NCBI GenBank assembly: GCA_040765725.1
Contig: JAXGRQ010000008.1
Coordinates: forward strand, 3,217 to 67,216
Origin: Syntrophales bacterium
Lineage (GTDB): Bacteria; Desulfobacterota; Syntrophia; Syntrophales; UBA5619
Direction of reading: 5' to 3'
DNA: 64,000 nt
This document shows, in pieces, positions 25,195-35,864 of the stretch. The notes beneath the pieces were generated by a model. That model saw nothing but the letters and a program-made list of their open reading frames with translations, had not been told where the DNA came from and searched no databases. The translations under genes and the position numbers were made by a program. Every line of letters starts with the position of its first letter. Position 1 is the stretch's first letter.

Positions 25195-26142
25195 ATGTTT
25201 TTACAAAGAACGATAAACCATGACATCACATGTAAAAGCGTAGGACTTCATTCCGGCAGGAAGGTTGGAATGGTCATTCGGCCTGCGGATGTGGATCAGG
25301 GCATTGTCTTCATACGAAGGGATCTGTCGGGAAACAATCGGATCAGGGCCGATGTCCACAATGTTCGAGACACAACGCTTGCGACCACTCTGGGTCTCAA
25401 TGGCGTAACCGTGTCCACGGTGGAGCACCTGATGTCCGCATTCCACGGCATGGGTGTGGATAACGCGGAAGTTTCGCTTGACGCCCCAGAGGTCCCGATC
25501 ATGGACGGAAGTGCCCGCCCGTTCGTCGATCTTCTTAAAGAGGTTGGAACAAGGGTTCAGGGCAAGGTCAAGAAAGTGATGGTCATCAAAGAAAAGGTCG
25601 CCGTTTCCGACGGGGAGGGAACGGCCATGTTTCTTCCTTCTGCCGGGTTTCGCATCACCTACAAGATTGATTTTAAGCACCCGGCCATCGGCATTCAATC
25701 CTATGAGATGAACGTATCCGATCTTTCGTATGAAAAAGAGATCTGCGCGGCGAGAACTTTCGGTTTTCTGCGAGACGTGGAATTTCTTCAGGCCAAAGGC
25801 CTGGCTCTCGGGGGATCACTGAAAAATGCCGTGATCCTGGATGAGCTTCGGATCATCAACAAAGATGGATTGAGGTTTCCGGATGAATTTGTCAAACACA
25901 AAATCCTCGATGCGATCGGCGACCTTTCTCTGCTGGGCATTCCAATTATCGGTCATTTTGTTGCCTACAAATCGGGTCATCGACTGAACAACCGACTCCT
26001 CAAAGAGCTGTTAATCCGAAAAGAATGTTGGACATTGGTCAGTCGCTTCAGCAGAGAAGGAATGTTGCACGAGCTAAAATCCCGGCGTGCACCATCGGTT
26101 TGGGATCTCGATTCCGCTCCGGCATCTCCGTGGGCGATGTGA
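25195..26142 (+). CDS. lpxC: UDP-3-O-acyl-GlcNAc deacetylase
   Basis: GLHSG, STVEHLMSA, EVPIMDGSA, ARTFGF, HKILDAIGDL, SGHRLN. Confidence 0.97.
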   Translation: MFLQRTINHDITCKSVGLHSGRKVGMVIRPADVDQGIVFIRRDLSGNNRIRADVHNVRDTTLATTLGLNGVTVSTVEHLMSAFHGMGVDNAEVSLDAPEVPIMDGSARPFVDLLKEVGTRVQGKVKKVMVIKEKVAVSDGEGTAMFLPSAGFRITYKIDFKHPAIGIQSYEMNVSDLSYEKEICAARTFGFLRDVEFLQAKGLALGGSLKNAVILDELRIINKDGLRFPDEFVKHKILDAIGDLSLLGIPIIGHFVAYKSGHRLNNRLLKELLIRKECWTLVSRFSREGMLHELKSRRAPSVWDLDSAPASPWAM

Positions 26143-26195
26143 GGATCATTATTCATCGCAGCCCCGCACAGGACAAGGGTTCCGCCAAATAGGTC

Positions 26196-26224
26196 TTGCT
26201 TTTTAAGACTCACTTTCTTAGTAT
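26196..26224 (+). promoter_or_regulatory. sigma70-type promoter for DUF4390-ntrY-ntrX
   Basis: TTGCTT-17 bp-TAGTAT. Confidence 0.4.
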
Positions 26225-26282
26225 ACCCTACGAATACTCAACATAACAAAAAAATTGATCATTTTACGATATAGCCCGGCCG

Positions 26283-26879
26283 ATGACAGACCGGGCATTA
26301 AGGGTCTGCATGTTCAAAAGACGGTTGTATCGGTTTGTTTTCATCCTTTTTTCGCTTTCGGTCATGGCTTCACCCCCGCTTGCAGCCGAGAATGCGGGGA
26401 TTCGCGACATTCTGGTCACCAATGATGAAACCCACGTGCGGGTGTATGCAAGGGTGACCGACGGTTTCACGACGGATATTGAAGCCGCAATCTTGGCGGG
26501 TGTTCCAACCACATTTACTTTTTACCTTGACCTCTTTCAGCAACGCTCCGGATGGATGGACCGGAAGTTGGGACGCACGACTGTTCGTCACACGATCATA
26601 TATGACAATGTGAAGAAGTGGTTTGTGGTTTCCTATGACGGCGAAAAGGAGACGATGTCCTTTACGGATTTCGAAAGCGCCCAGCGGGCGATGGCCGAGC
26701 TGAACGGGATCCCGGTGGCGGAATTGAAGGCATTGAAGAGAAGTGAAAACTATTACGTGATGATCAAGGCAACACTCGATGAGGTCCGGATGCCGTTTCA
26801 CATGGAGCGCGTTTTCTTTTTTGTGTCTCTGTGGGATTTTGAAACCGACTGGTATCGGGAGAGGTTTTATTACCGATGA
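26283..26879 (+). CDS. DUF4390 family periplasmic protein (NtrYX-associated)
   Basis: Signal peptide, AILAGVPTTFTF and SLWDFETDW; directly upstream of an NtrY-like kinase. Confidence 0.75.
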   Translation: MTDRALRVCMFKRRLYRFVFILFSLSVMASPPLAAENAGIRDILVTNDETHVRVYARVTDGFTTDIEAAILAGVPTTFTFYLDLFQQRSGWMDRKLGRTTVRHTIIYDNVKKWFVVSYDGEKETMSFTDFESAQRAMAELNGIPVAELKALKRSENYYVMIKATLDEVRMPFHMERVFFFVSLWDFETDWYRERFYYR

Positions 26880-29101
26880 AAAAAGTCCCTGGAACGGCGA
26901 AACTGGATATCCGTGAAACGAGTAGGAGAAGGCGGGAGAGAATCATCATCATTGTGACGGTGTTCCTCATCGCCCTCATCACGTATATCGAAAGCCGAAT
27001 CTTTCGCGGAGAAGCGCTTCCTCTTCCTGTTTCCGGAAATGCCCTGATCTTCGGCCTGATCAACATCAACATCATCCTGATCATCCTGCTGATCTTTCTA
27101 ATTGTTCGAAATCTCGTCAAACTGATCTTCGAACGACGTCGCGGGGTCGTCGGTTCAAAGCTCCGGACGCGTCTGGTTTCCGCGTTTGTCAGCCTTTCCC
27201 TGATCCCGACGGTTCTGTTGTTTCTCGTCTCCATCAATTTTCTGTCCAACAGCATCGATAACTGGTTCAGCATCCGCATCGGGGATGCGCTGAACCGGAC
27301 GCTTGAAGTCGCACAGATATACTATCAGCAATCAGCCGATCAGGCGAAATACTACGCCCGTGAACTCAGCGCTGAAATATCGAAAAACGGCCTTTACGAG
27401 ACGGAGAAGTTCATCTATCTCAAGGCCCTGGTCGATCGGAGGCACAAGAGTTACAAACTCAACATGCTCGACGTGCACATCGAGAACCAGAAGGAAAATT
27501 TTGCAGTCAGCGATCGCGAATATCCGCAGATGGTCCCGAGGTCCCTTACCCCCAAGGAACTGGAAGATGTTTATGCCGGCCGGGAACTGACTACGATTGA
27601 ACAGGCAGGAAAAGGAGATTTGATCCGGGGGGTCGTCCCGATCTTTTCGTTTGCGAGTCCGAAGGAAGTGATCGGCGTTGTGACTGCGAGCTATTTTTTC
27701 CCGGACGGTCTGGTAGAAAAGATCAGCGTGATATCGAAAATCTCCGAGGAGTACCGTCAACTAACGCTTCTGAAAACGCCGATCAAGTTTGGTTATATCA
27801 TCACGCTGTTCCTTGTCACGTTGCTGATCATCTTTTCCGCGACCTGGTTCGGTCTCTATCTTGCCAAAGGGATTACCGTTCCGATTCAGGACTTGGCCGA
27901 AGCGACCCGAAAAATCGCGCAGGGGGATCTGAACCATCAGATCAACATTGTGGCAGACGATGAAATAGGGGTTCTTGTCGCTTCGTTTAATCAGATGACC
28001 GTGGATCTGAAAAAAAGCAAACAGGGCTTGGAAAGGGCGAATCTGGATCTGGATCAGAGAAGGAACTACACGGAGACGATTCTGCGGAATGTTTCGGCGG
28101 GCGTCATTGCTGTGGATGGGAAAGGTATCATCACTACGATCAACCGGGCGGCTGAGAAGATGTTCGGCATCCGGACCCAGAAGGTGTTAAACCGGCCTTA
28201 TGAAGAGGTGCTGATTCCCGAACACCGTCTTCTGGCGGATGAGGTCCTCCGTGAGATGCGGGAGCGTGCGGAAGGGTTCATCGAAAAGCAGCTCGATTTA
28301 ACGCTTGGGGAAAAGACGATGACCATTCTCATGACCATCACCGCGATCCGTGACGATGAGGGGAGCGAGATGGGCATGGCGCTGGTCTTCGAGGATCTCA
28401 CCAAGCTGCAGCGGGCGGAGAGAGCAGCCGCGTGGCGGGAGGTTGCCCGGCGAATGGCTCACGAGATCAAAAACCCGCTGACACCGGTTCAGCTCTCCGC
28501 GCAACGGCTCCAGAAAAAATACGGCGATCGGTTGGGCGAGGACGACGCCGTCTTCCGTGAATGCACAAAAACGATCATCGATCAGGTCGAGGTGTTGAAA
28601 AATCTTGTGAATGAATTTTCCCGTTATGCGCGGTTGCCGGTGACAAATCTGGCGATTCACGACCTGAACGAAGTGGTTCGCAATTCCGTAATCCTCTTCC
28701 AGGATGCGCATAAAGAGATTGTGTTTGACTTTCAGCAAGGAGCCGACATTCCGAAACTGATGCTTGATCCGGAGCAAATGCAGCGGGTCATGGTTAACCT
28801 GCTGGACAATGCTGTCGCGGCGGTCGACGGACGGACCGGTCGCATCGAGATTCGGACCGCCCGGAGCGATGACGGAAAAACGGTGAAATTGAGCGTGGCC
28901 GACAACGGATGCGGAATCCCATCCGGTTATAAAGTGAAAATGTTTGAACCTTATTTTTCCACAAAACGGTCGGGAATGGGGCTGGGGTTGACGATCGTTC
29001 ATTCCATCATGGCCGATCATCACGGTAGAATCGGCGTTGCAGACAACCACCCCAGCGGTACCGTTGTGACCCTCGATTTGCCAGTGCCCGAAGAGACTTA
29101 G
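26876..29101 (+). CDS. ntrY: NtrY-like HAMP/PAS sensor histidine kinase
   Basis: TM helices, HAMP (DEIGVLVASFNQMT), PAS, H-box AWREVARRMAHEIKNPLTP, N/G boxes. Confidence 0.88.
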   Translation: MKKVPGTAKLDIRETSRRRRERIIIIVTVFLIALITYIESRIFRGEALPLPVSGNALIFGLININIILIILLIFLIVRNLVKLIFERRRGVVGSKLRTRLVSAFVSLSLIPTVLLFLVSINFLSNSIDNWFSIRIGDALNRTLEVAQIYYQQSADQAKYYARELSAEISKNGLYETEKFIYLKALVDRRHKSYKLNMLDVHIENQKENFAVSDREYPQMVPRSLTPKELEDVYAGRELTTIEQAGKGDLIRGVVPIFSFASPKEVIGVVTASYFFPDGLVEKISVISKISEEYRQLTLLKTPIKFGYIITLFLVTLLIIFSATWFGLYLAKGITVPIQDLAEATRKIAQGDLNHQINIVADDEIGVLVASFNQMTVDLKKSKQGLERANLDLDQRRNYTETILRNVSAGVIAVDGKGIITTINRAAEKMFGIRTQKVLNRPYEEVLIPEHRLLADEVLREMRERAEGFIEKQLDLTLGEKTMTILMTITAIRDDEGSEMGMALVFEDLTKLQRAERAAAWREVARRMAHEIKNPLTPVQLSAQRLQKKYGDRLGEDDAVFRECTKTIIDQVEVLKNLVNEFSRYARLPVTNLAIHDLNEVVRNSVILFQDAHKEIVFDFQQGADIPKLMLDPEQMQRVMVNLLDNAVAAVDGRTGRIEIRTARSDDGKTVKLSVADNGCGIPSGYKVKMFEPYFSTKRSGMGLGLTIVHSIMADHHGRIGVADNHPSGTVVTLDLPVPEET

Positions 29102-29157
29102 GGACGAAAACGGATCACGGCGGCTGGATGATCCACCCAAAGGACGGCGATATCGAA

Positions 29158-30549
29158 ATGACGAACAAGACAATCCTGATTGTAGACGATGAAGAAAGCA
29201 TCTGCCAGACGCTCGGGGGTATTCTCACGGATGAAGGTTATGAAGTGGCGGTAGCCGGTAGCGGGGAGGAAGCCTTGCGGGTTCTCGAGGAGGAGCAACC
29301 GCATCTGGTGCTGCTGGACATCTGGCTGCCGGGGATGGACGGGATCGAAGCCCTTAAGGCGATCAAGGCCGGCCATCCGCAGTTGCAGGTCGTCATGATG
29401 TCGGGTCATGGTTCCATTGAGACGGCGGTGAAGGCGACCAAACTCGGTGCGTTCGACTTCATTGAGAAACCCCTCTCGCTTGAAAAGGTGATGCTGGTGG
29501 TCAACCACGCCTTGGACCTCGTTCGTCTGGAGGAGGAAAATCTGCTCCTCCGGCAGAAGGTCGGTCATGAGTATGAACTGACGGGAAACAGCAGCCTGAT
29601 CCAGGATCTCAAGGAAGTCATCAACATCGTTGCTCCCACCAATGCATGGATTTTGATTATGGGAGAAAACGGAACGGGCAAAGAGCTGGTTGCCCGTTCT
29701 ATCCATCATCAGAGCCGGCGGGCGCAGAAGCCTTTTGTCGAGGTCAACTGCGCAGCGATACCGGAAGACCTGATCGAGAGCGAGCTTTTCGGCCATGAGA
29801 AGGGGGCTTTTACCGGCGCCACGACGATGAAAAGGGGAAAGTTCGATCTGGCGAACGAGGGGACCATTTTTCTGGACGAGGTGGCCGACATGAGCCTCAA
29901 AGCACAGGCGAAGGTTCTCCGCATTCTCCAGGAAAAAAAGTTCGAACGGGTCGGCGGGAACCGGCTCATTCCCACGGATGTCCGGGTGCTGGCCGCCACC
30001 AACAAGGACCTTGAAAAGGAGATGGAGGAGGGGCGTTTCCGTCAGGATTTGTACTACCGGCTGAACGTCATTCCGCTGCGGATACCGCCGCTGCGCGACA
30101 GAAAAGAGGATATTCCGATTCTGGTCGAGAGGTTTATCCGGGACTTCGCCGTCAAAGAAGGCGATACTGAAAAAAAGGTTGCCGACGAGGTCTTGACGAT
30201 CCTGATGAAATACCACTGGCCCGGAAATGTTCGGGAACTGAAAAACATCATCGAACGATTGGTGATCATGACGCCGACGGGGCTGATCTCGAAGTGCGAT
30301 ATCTTGCCTTTTTTCGAAGAAGGGAAGGGGGAAGTTCCGCGGGACGATCTGCAAATCACCTCCGATTCTTTCCGCGCGGCAAAGCAGGAATTTGAGCGCC
30401 AGTACATTGTGCGGAAACTTCGTGAATATAACGGCAACATTTCGCGAACGGCCGAGGCGATCGGTCTGGAGAGGAGCAATCTCCACAAGAAAATCCGGAG
30501 TTATGAGTTGGACGTCAAAAATGGCTCCGACAAGGGCACCGAAAACTAA
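29158..30549 (+). CDS. ntrX: NtrX-like sigma54-dependent response regulator
   Basis: Receiver LLDIWLPGMDG, GENGTGKE, intact ELFGHEKGAFTGA, Fis-type HTH. Confidence 0.88.
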   Translation: MTNKTILIVDDEESICQTLGGILTDEGYEVAVAGSGEEALRVLEEEQPHLVLLDIWLPGMDGIEALKAIKAGHPQLQVVMMSGHGSIETAVKATKLGAFDFIEKPLSLEKVMLVVNHALDLVRLEEENLLLRQKVGHEYELTGNSSLIQDLKEVINIVAPTNAWILIMGENGTGKELVARSIHHQSRRAQKPFVEVNCAAIPEDLIESELFGHEKGAFTGATTMKRGKFDLANEGTIFLDEVADMSLKAQAKVLRILQEKKFERVGGNRLIPTDVRVLAATNKDLEKEMEEGRFRQDLYYRLNVIPLRIPPLRDRKEDIPILVERFIRDFAVKEGDTEKKVADEVLTILMKYHWPGNVRELKNIIERLVIMTPTGLISKCDILPFFEEGKGEVPRDDLQITSDSFRAAKQEFERQYIVRKLREYNGNISRTAEAIGLERSNLHKKIRSYELDVKNGSDKGTEN

Positions 30550-31520
30550 GATCCGGCCTGAGGACGAAGATCGGTAAAACCGAAACGGTTGAAGGGCAGG
30601 AAGAGGAGTCCCAACAGGACGATCAATCCGATGGAAAGCGCGTGATAAACAATGGCGAAGGTCAGAGCGTCCGTTTTGGGGATTCCGAAAAGACCAAGGC
30701 CGAGGACACAGAAAAAATGCCAGTTCCCGATAAAACCCGGTGCGGTGGGGATGGCGATGCCGATGATCAGCACGATCATCAAAACGGTGGCGGCCGTGAT
30801 GGACAGATCCATGTGAAACGCCTGAAAGAGGAGGTAAATAGCAAGAATGTCGATCAGCCAGATGACGATCGACAGAAATGTGACCCAGAGGAGAGGGATG
30901 GGGTCGATCATGATTCCGAATCCGGCGATCAAATGGTTGATCAGGCGGTTCAAGATTTCGGCGTAGCGCACAGGGAGCCTTTTGATCAGCGGTGAAAGAA
31001 CCTGAAGGGCGACGTCGCGCCGGACGACCATCAGGATCATCAGCGTTGAAAGAAAAATCGTCGCGAGCAGAAGCAGGGCGCTGGAACGGACAAGCCATTG
31101 CGGAAGGGGTGTGAAAAAAAGAGCGACCAGTGCGATGATCAGCACGGTGAGGCTGTCGAGCACTCTTTCCACGAAGATTGTGCCCAGTGCCGAACTCATG
31201 GCGATGCGGCTTTTTTTCGTGATGAGATAGGGACGGGCCAGTTCTCCAACGCGGGCCGGAAACGCGACGATGGCCAGAAACCCCACGCAGGTGACTGAAA
31301 ACAAGGAGAGTTGATCCACCTTCCCGATCGGTCTCAGGATGATCCCCCAGCGGACGGACCTCAGGATCTGCATGAGAAGCAGTGCCGCCAGTGCCGGAAG
31401 AAGGTACCCGCGACGGATCGTTCGGAGGCCTTCGATCAACCCCTGGAACTCGATTCCGCGGAACGAAAGCCAGACCAACAGCGCGCCGAGCACCAGACCC
31501 GCAACCACCTTTTTCTTCAT
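30546..31520 (-). CDS. lysylphosphatidylglycerol synthase TM-domain / flippase-like membrane protein
   Basis: LRSVRW, FPARVGELAR, ERVLD, IPTAPGFIG; multi-TM. Confidence 0.8.
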   Translation of the reverse strand: MKKKVVAGLVLGALLVWLSFRGIEFQGLIEGLRTIRRGYLLPALAALLLMQILRSVRWGIILRPIGKVDQLSLFSVTCVGFLAIVAFPARVGELARPYLITKKSRIAMSSALGTIFVERVLDSLTVLIIALVALFFTPLPQWLVRSSALLLLATIFLSTLMILMVVRRDVALQVLSPLIKRLPVRYAEILNRLINHLIAGFGIMIDPIPLLWVTFLSIVIWLIDILAIYLLFQAFHMDLSITAATVLMIVLIIGIAIPTAPGFIGNWHFFCVLGLGLFGIPKTDALTFAIVYHALSIGLIVLLGLLFLPFNRFGFTDLRPQAGS

Positions 31521-31572
31521 CAGCCCTTTTCCGTTCCCGGGGTGCAGCACCTCAAGGGTCTTTACCGCGGGC

Positions 31573-31974
31573 CTACTTTTTCATCAGGTTGTCCCTGACC
31601 TTATCGTGGATCAACTGCGAGGAGAGCTTGTTTCCGATCAAGCCGACACGGATAGAGACCGTGGTCACGTCTTTGGCTTTGTAGTCGACCGAGATCTTGA
31701 CCTTTTCATCGTTGATTACCGCGGAGATTTTTCCTTTCCCGATCTCTTTTTCCGGCACGACGTCCAGACCCCGCATATCCGCCACGGTTTTTTCACAGGC
31801 GCTCCAGGTCGCGTCGAAGGAGGAGTAGTAATCGGTTTTCAGTTCGCCGTTCAAATAGAAATATGTTCCGGAACCGGCGCCCACTGCCGCTCCTCCAATC
31901 AGAGCTGCTGTGCACCCCGAGATCAGGAAAACCCCGATAATCAGGAACGAAAGCCATCCTTCTTTTTTCCTCAT
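31573..31974 (-). CDS. DUF3568 family lipoprotein
   Basis: Lipobox LISGC, glycine zipper IGGAAVGAG, VSIRVGLIG. Confidence 0.75.
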   Translation of the reverse strand: MRKKEGWLSFLIIGVFLISGCTAALIGGAAVGAGSGTYFYLNGELKTDYYSSFDATWSACEKTVADMRGLDVVPEKEIGKGKISAVINDEKVKISVDYKAKDVTTVSIRVGLIGNKLSSQLIHDKVRDNLMKK

Positions 31975-32037
31975 GATTTCTCCTTTCGGTGAATAGAATC
32001 ATACCGGAATCCCCGTAAGTGGATTCCATGCGTTTCT

Positions 32038-33111
32038 TTAACGGATCCCGGTTTCATTGCATAAACGGTCGAACTCGCGGAGCAGCTCTTCCTGTTTTCG
32101 GGTGAGGTTCGAAGGCACGGTGACCACCGTCTCGATGATCTGATCGCCCCGTCCGTGTCCGCGAAGATGAGGGATGCCCTTGCCTTTTAAGCGGAAGATC
32201 TTGCCTGTCGGAGTTCCCCGAGGGATCTTCAGTTTTTCGTTTCCGTTCAGGGTCGGCGCCTCCACACTTCCCCCCAGGGCAGCCTGGACGAAAGAGATCG
32301 GGACGCGGCAATAAATGTCATCCCCGTTTCGCTCGAACGTTTCATGGGGTTCCACTTCGATGAAGACGTAGAGGTCGCCGTTGGGGCCGCCGTGTTCCCC
32401 TTCCTCCCCTTCGCCCCGCAGTCGGAGACGGGATCCCGTCTCCACGCCGGCCGGGATCTTGAGTTGGACCGTTTTGTCGGCCCGGACCTTTCCCCCGCCG
32501 GAGCAGTCCTTGCACGGGGTCCTGATGATGCTCCCTTGTCCCCGGCACTGGGGGCAGGTCGTGCTGATGTTGAAAAAACCGCTGGACTGAATCACTTGTC
32601 CCCGACCGTTGCAGCGGCTGCATACCTGCGGTGAGGTTCCCGGGGCGCATCCCGATCCCTGGCAGGAGCTGCACAGGATATATTTCTCCAAACGGATCTC
32701 GGTGCTGGTTCCCAGAGCTGCATCCATGAAGGAGATCCGGAGATCGTAGCGCAGGTCCGCGCCCATTCTGGCTGCCGTTCTCGAGCGCGAGCGTCCCGTG
32801 TGGAATCCGAAAACGTCGCCGAAAATATCGCCAAAGCTGGAAAAGATGTCCTCGAAACCCGAAAAGCCCCGGTAGCCGACGCCGCTCAGACCTTCATGGC
32901 CGTAACGGTTGTAGATATCGCGTTTTTCGGCATCGCACAGGACTTCGTATGCCTCCGCCGCCTCTTTAAACTTCTCTTCCGCTTCCCGGTTCCCCGGATT
33001 TCGGTCCGGATGATATTGCATCGCGAGCCTGCGATAGCTCTTTTTGATCTCTTCGTCCGAGGCGTTTCTTTCCACGCCCAAAACTTCATAATAACAACGT
33101 TTTGACGACAT
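32038..33111 (-). CDS. dnaJ: chaperone DnaJ
   Basis: J domain with HPD, G/F region, four CxxCxGxG repeats. Confidence 0.97.
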   Translation of the reverse strand: MSSKRCYYEVLGVERNASDEEIKKSYRRLAMQYHPDRNPGNREAEEKFKEAAEAYEVLCDAEKRDIYNRYGHEGLSGVGYRGFSGFEDIFSSFGDIFGDVFGFHTGRSRSRTAARMGADLRYDLRISFMDAALGTSTEIRLEKYILCSSCQGSGCAPGTSPQVCSRCNGRGQVIQSSGFFNISTTCPQCRGQGSIIRTPCKDCSGGGKVRADKTVQLKIPAGVETGSRLRLRGEGEEGEHGGPNGDLYVFIEVEPHETFERNGDDIYCRVPISFVQAALGGSVEAPTLNGNEKLKIPRGTPTGKIFRLKGKGIPHLRGHGRGDQIIETVVTVPSNLTRKQEELLREFDRLCNETGIR

Positions 33112-33262
33112 TCGTCCTTTCGACTTCCTTCCGAACTGACTTCTGATATTCGCCGGAGCGGCGGTTTCGCTGTCCGAAGCGAGACGATTTTCTGAATCGT
33201 TACAATGGCATCCTACTCATGAATGGTTGTAAAAATGATCCGTTCCTGCTTCCTTGCCCGTT

Positions 33263-33291
33263 ACGATAACCATCCTGCCTGCACCTGTCAA
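33263..33291 (-). promoter_or_regulatory. sigma70-type promoter for dnaJ
   Basis: Minus strand TTGACA-17 bp-TATCGT. Confidence 0.5.
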
Positions 33292-33299
33292 CCCAGCGT

Positions 33300-34181
33300 C
33301 TACCGGACCAAACGGGTCAGCGCCTCGCGGTATTTTTCGCTGGTTTGGGCGATGATGTTGTCGGGGAGCGGCGGCGCGGGGTGCTTCTGATTCCAGTGAA
33401 TCGAAAGCAGATAATCGCGGAGAAACTGTTTATCGAAGCTCTTCTGCGGGCGTCCCGCTTCGTAGTCATCCTTCGGCCAGAATCGGGAGGAGTCGGGGGT
33501 GAGAAGCTCGTCGATCAGGATCAGCTTTCCATCCAGAAGGCCGAATTCCATCTTGGTGTCGGCAATGATGATCCCCGCAAGGTCGGCGATCGCGACGGCT
33601 CGCTCGTAAATGGCGACGCTGGCATCAATGATCCGGTTGGTCAACTCGGGGCCGATCAATTTGCCCATCTCGGCCCGGCTGATCGGCAGGTCGTGCTCCC
33701 CGTCGGCCGCCTTGGTGGAAGGGGTGAATATCGTTTCCGGAAGCCGGGAGGACTCCTGTAAACCCGGCGGAAGATGAATGCCCGAAACGGGTTTCCCTTC
33801 ACGGTAGTCCTTCCAGCCGGAGCCGCTCAGATACCCCCGAACGATGCATTCCACCGGAAGGGGTTCGGCCTTTTTTACGAGCATGCTGCGGCCGCGCAGC
33901 TCCTCCCGATATGGGGCACAGACCTCCGGATACTGATCGGGATTTATTGACACCATGTGGTTGGGGATGATATCGCCCATCTTCCCGAACCAGAATGCGG
34001 ACATGCGCGTCAGGACCTCCCCTTTTCCCGGAATGGGATTCGGCATGACGAAGTCAAAGGCGGAAATGCGGTCGCTCGCGACGATCAGCAGATGGGAGTC
34101 GAGCGAGTAGATGTCGCGAACCTTTCCCTTGCCGATGAGTTTCATTCCGTCCAGTTTTGTATGCATCATCCCCGTATTCAT
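33300..34181 (-). CDS. purC: SAICAR synthetase
   Basis: GKVRDIY, SDRISAFD, ECIVRGYLSGSG, ADTKMEFG, DELLTPDSSRFW, DKQFLRD. AAGGAG RBS precedes ATG 34181. Confidence 0.95.
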   Translation of the reverse strand: MNTGMMHTKLDGMKLIGKGKVRDIYSLDSHLLIVASDRISAFDFVMPNPIPGKGEVLTRMSAFWFGKMGDIIPNHMVSINPDQYPEVCAPYREELRGRSMLVKKAEPLPVECIVRGYLSGSGWKDYREGKPVSGIHLPPGLQESSRLPETIFTPSTKAADGEHDLPISRAEMGKLIGPELTNRIIDASVAIYERAVAIADLAGIIIADTKMEFGLLDGKLILIDELLTPDSSRFWPKDDYEAGRPQKSFDKQFLRDYLLSIHWNQKHPAPPLPDNIIAQTSEKYREALTRLVR

Positions 34182-34203
34182 CCCCGTCTCCTTTTTCAGC
34201 CGG

Positions 34204-34833
34204 TCAGCGTAGAAATGGATTGTACTGTTTTTCATGGCCGATTGTTGATGTCGGCATGCTTCCATAGTTGTGCCCCGGCAGGACCACCGTCTCATCCGGC
34301 AGGGTGCAGAGTTTCCTCTGAATGGAATCGAACATCACCTCACCGGAACCTCCAGGCAGGTCGGTTCTGCCCACCGCCTCCACGAAGAGGGTGTCGCCGG
34401 TAAAGGCATAGCCGTCCAGCAAGAGGACCATGCTGCCCGGAGAATGGCCGGGGGTGTGGATCACCCGGAGCCTGAGCCCGCCGACTTGGATATCATCGCC
34501 GTCCCGGACCGTCCGGTCGGCGGGCGGCGAGGCTTTTCCTCCAAACATCATCAGCATTGCCCGTGGGGTTGAGACAAGCATGTCTGCGTCGTCCTCATGG
34601 ATGACGATTGTCGCGCCTGTCCGTTTCTTCATATCCTCATTGCCGCCGATATGATCCACATGACCATGGGTGTTTACAATGTATTGAATGCTCACCTTGC
34701 TTTTCTCAGCCGCTGCGATGATGCCATCCGTATCCGCCGCAGGATCGATGACGAGCGCCTCTCCACTTTTCTCGTCGCCCACCAGATAGGCGAAAACCGC
34801 CATCTGTCCCACCTGTCGTTGTTCGATGAACAT
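34204..34833 (-). CDS. MBL-fold metallo-hydrolase (glyoxalase II-like)
   Basis: THGHVDHIGG, HTPGHSPG, FTGDTLF, PGH. Confidence 0.9.
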   Translation of the reverse strand: MFIEQRQVGQMAVFAYLVGDEKSGEALVIDPAADTDGIIAAAEKSKVSIQYIVNTHGHVDHIGGNEDMKKRTGATIVIHEDDADMLVSTPRAMLMMFGGKASPPADRTVRDGDDIQVGGLRLRVIHTPGHSPGSMVLLLDGYAFTGDTLFVEAVGRTDLPGGSGEVMFDSIQRKLCTLPDETVVLPGHNYGSMPTSTIGHEKQYNPFLR

Positions 34834-35117
34834 GATGCCCCCGCTTCTGCTTTTTTAAGGGGCGGCCTCCGATAAACCAGGCCGGCCTTTCGGGTTTGCC
34901 CCGTCTCATTCCATGGAGTCGCGATGGAACTATCATTTTTTCGCTTTGAAAGTCAATGGGATTCCTGAGATCGGTATCGGACGGACGGTGTCCGCAGGCA
35001 GGGATGGAAAGGCGCGGGGGATTCGCGGTCCCCAACCGTTTTGATCCGTAGCAGCACCCCTGCGTTTCCTGTCGGCAAACATCGCGATCGGTCCATGTCC
35101 CGCGGACCGCCCCGTGT

Positions 35118-35864
35118 TCATTTGCCTTTTTTTAAAAGCATCCGACGTTTCTGGATGGCCAGAACAAAACCGAGGACCATGACCGATATGATGGGAGCCA
35201 GGGCAATCAGCGCGACCAACCCCAAGCCATGGATGATGGGATCCTGTCCACCCATGGAGGAAGATGCGCCCAGGGCGAGGGCAAGAAGAAAAGTATTTGC
35301 CATGGGCCCCGTAGCGACACCGCCTGCATCGATCGCGATCGAGAGAAATTCTTTATCGCTGAACCAGATGATCACCAAGACGAGCGCATATCCCGGTATC
35401 AGGATATAGAGGAGAGGGATGCCGTAACCGATCCTCAACATTCCCAGACCGACGATCAGGGCCACACCTATGCAAATCGCATAAAGCACCGTTAGCCGGC
35501 GGATCGATCCGCTCGATGTCTGTTCCACCTGGTCGGCTAAAATCCGCACCGACGGTTCACCCCAAGTCGTAAAAAATCCGAGAAGGATGCCGAACGGCAT
35601 CAAAAGCCATCGGTGAGGAAGCGTGCCCAAGGCCTCGCCAATGGCCCGGCCAAAGGGCAGAAAACTGATATATACCCCCTGCATGAAGAGCAGAAGGCCG
35701 GCCGAGGCCAGCAAAGTGCCCTTGAGTATGGTGACGACGTACCGGCGCGGCAGACGAAGCATCAAAAGTTGAAAGATCAAAAAAAGAACCACCAACGGCA
35801 GGATCGCTTCGGTCACACTCAGGATGGTGCTTTGAAAGTTTGTGAAAATGTTGATTTCATTCAA
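35118..35864 (-). CDS. DUF1538 membrane protein
   Basis: Multi-TM; TTWGEPSV, DAGGVATGPM, GLGLVAL. Confidence 0.82.
   Translation of the reverse strand: MNEINIFTNFQSTILSVTEAILPLVVLFLIFQLLMLRLPRRYVVTILKGTLLASAGLLLFMQGVYISFLPFGRAIGEALGTLPHRWLLMPFGILLGFFTTWGEPSVRILADQVEQTSSGSIRRLTVLYAICIGVALIVGLGMLRIGYGIPLLYILIPGYALVLVIIWFSDKEFLSIAIDAGGVATGPMANTFLLALALGASSSMGGQDPIIHGLGLVALIALAPIISVMVLGFVLAIQKRRMLLKKGK

Noticed and set aside
33120-33295. CIRCE heat-shock element upstream of dnaJ
   Set aside because: No TTAGCACTC-N9-GAGTGCTAA; only a sigma70-like promoter is visible.
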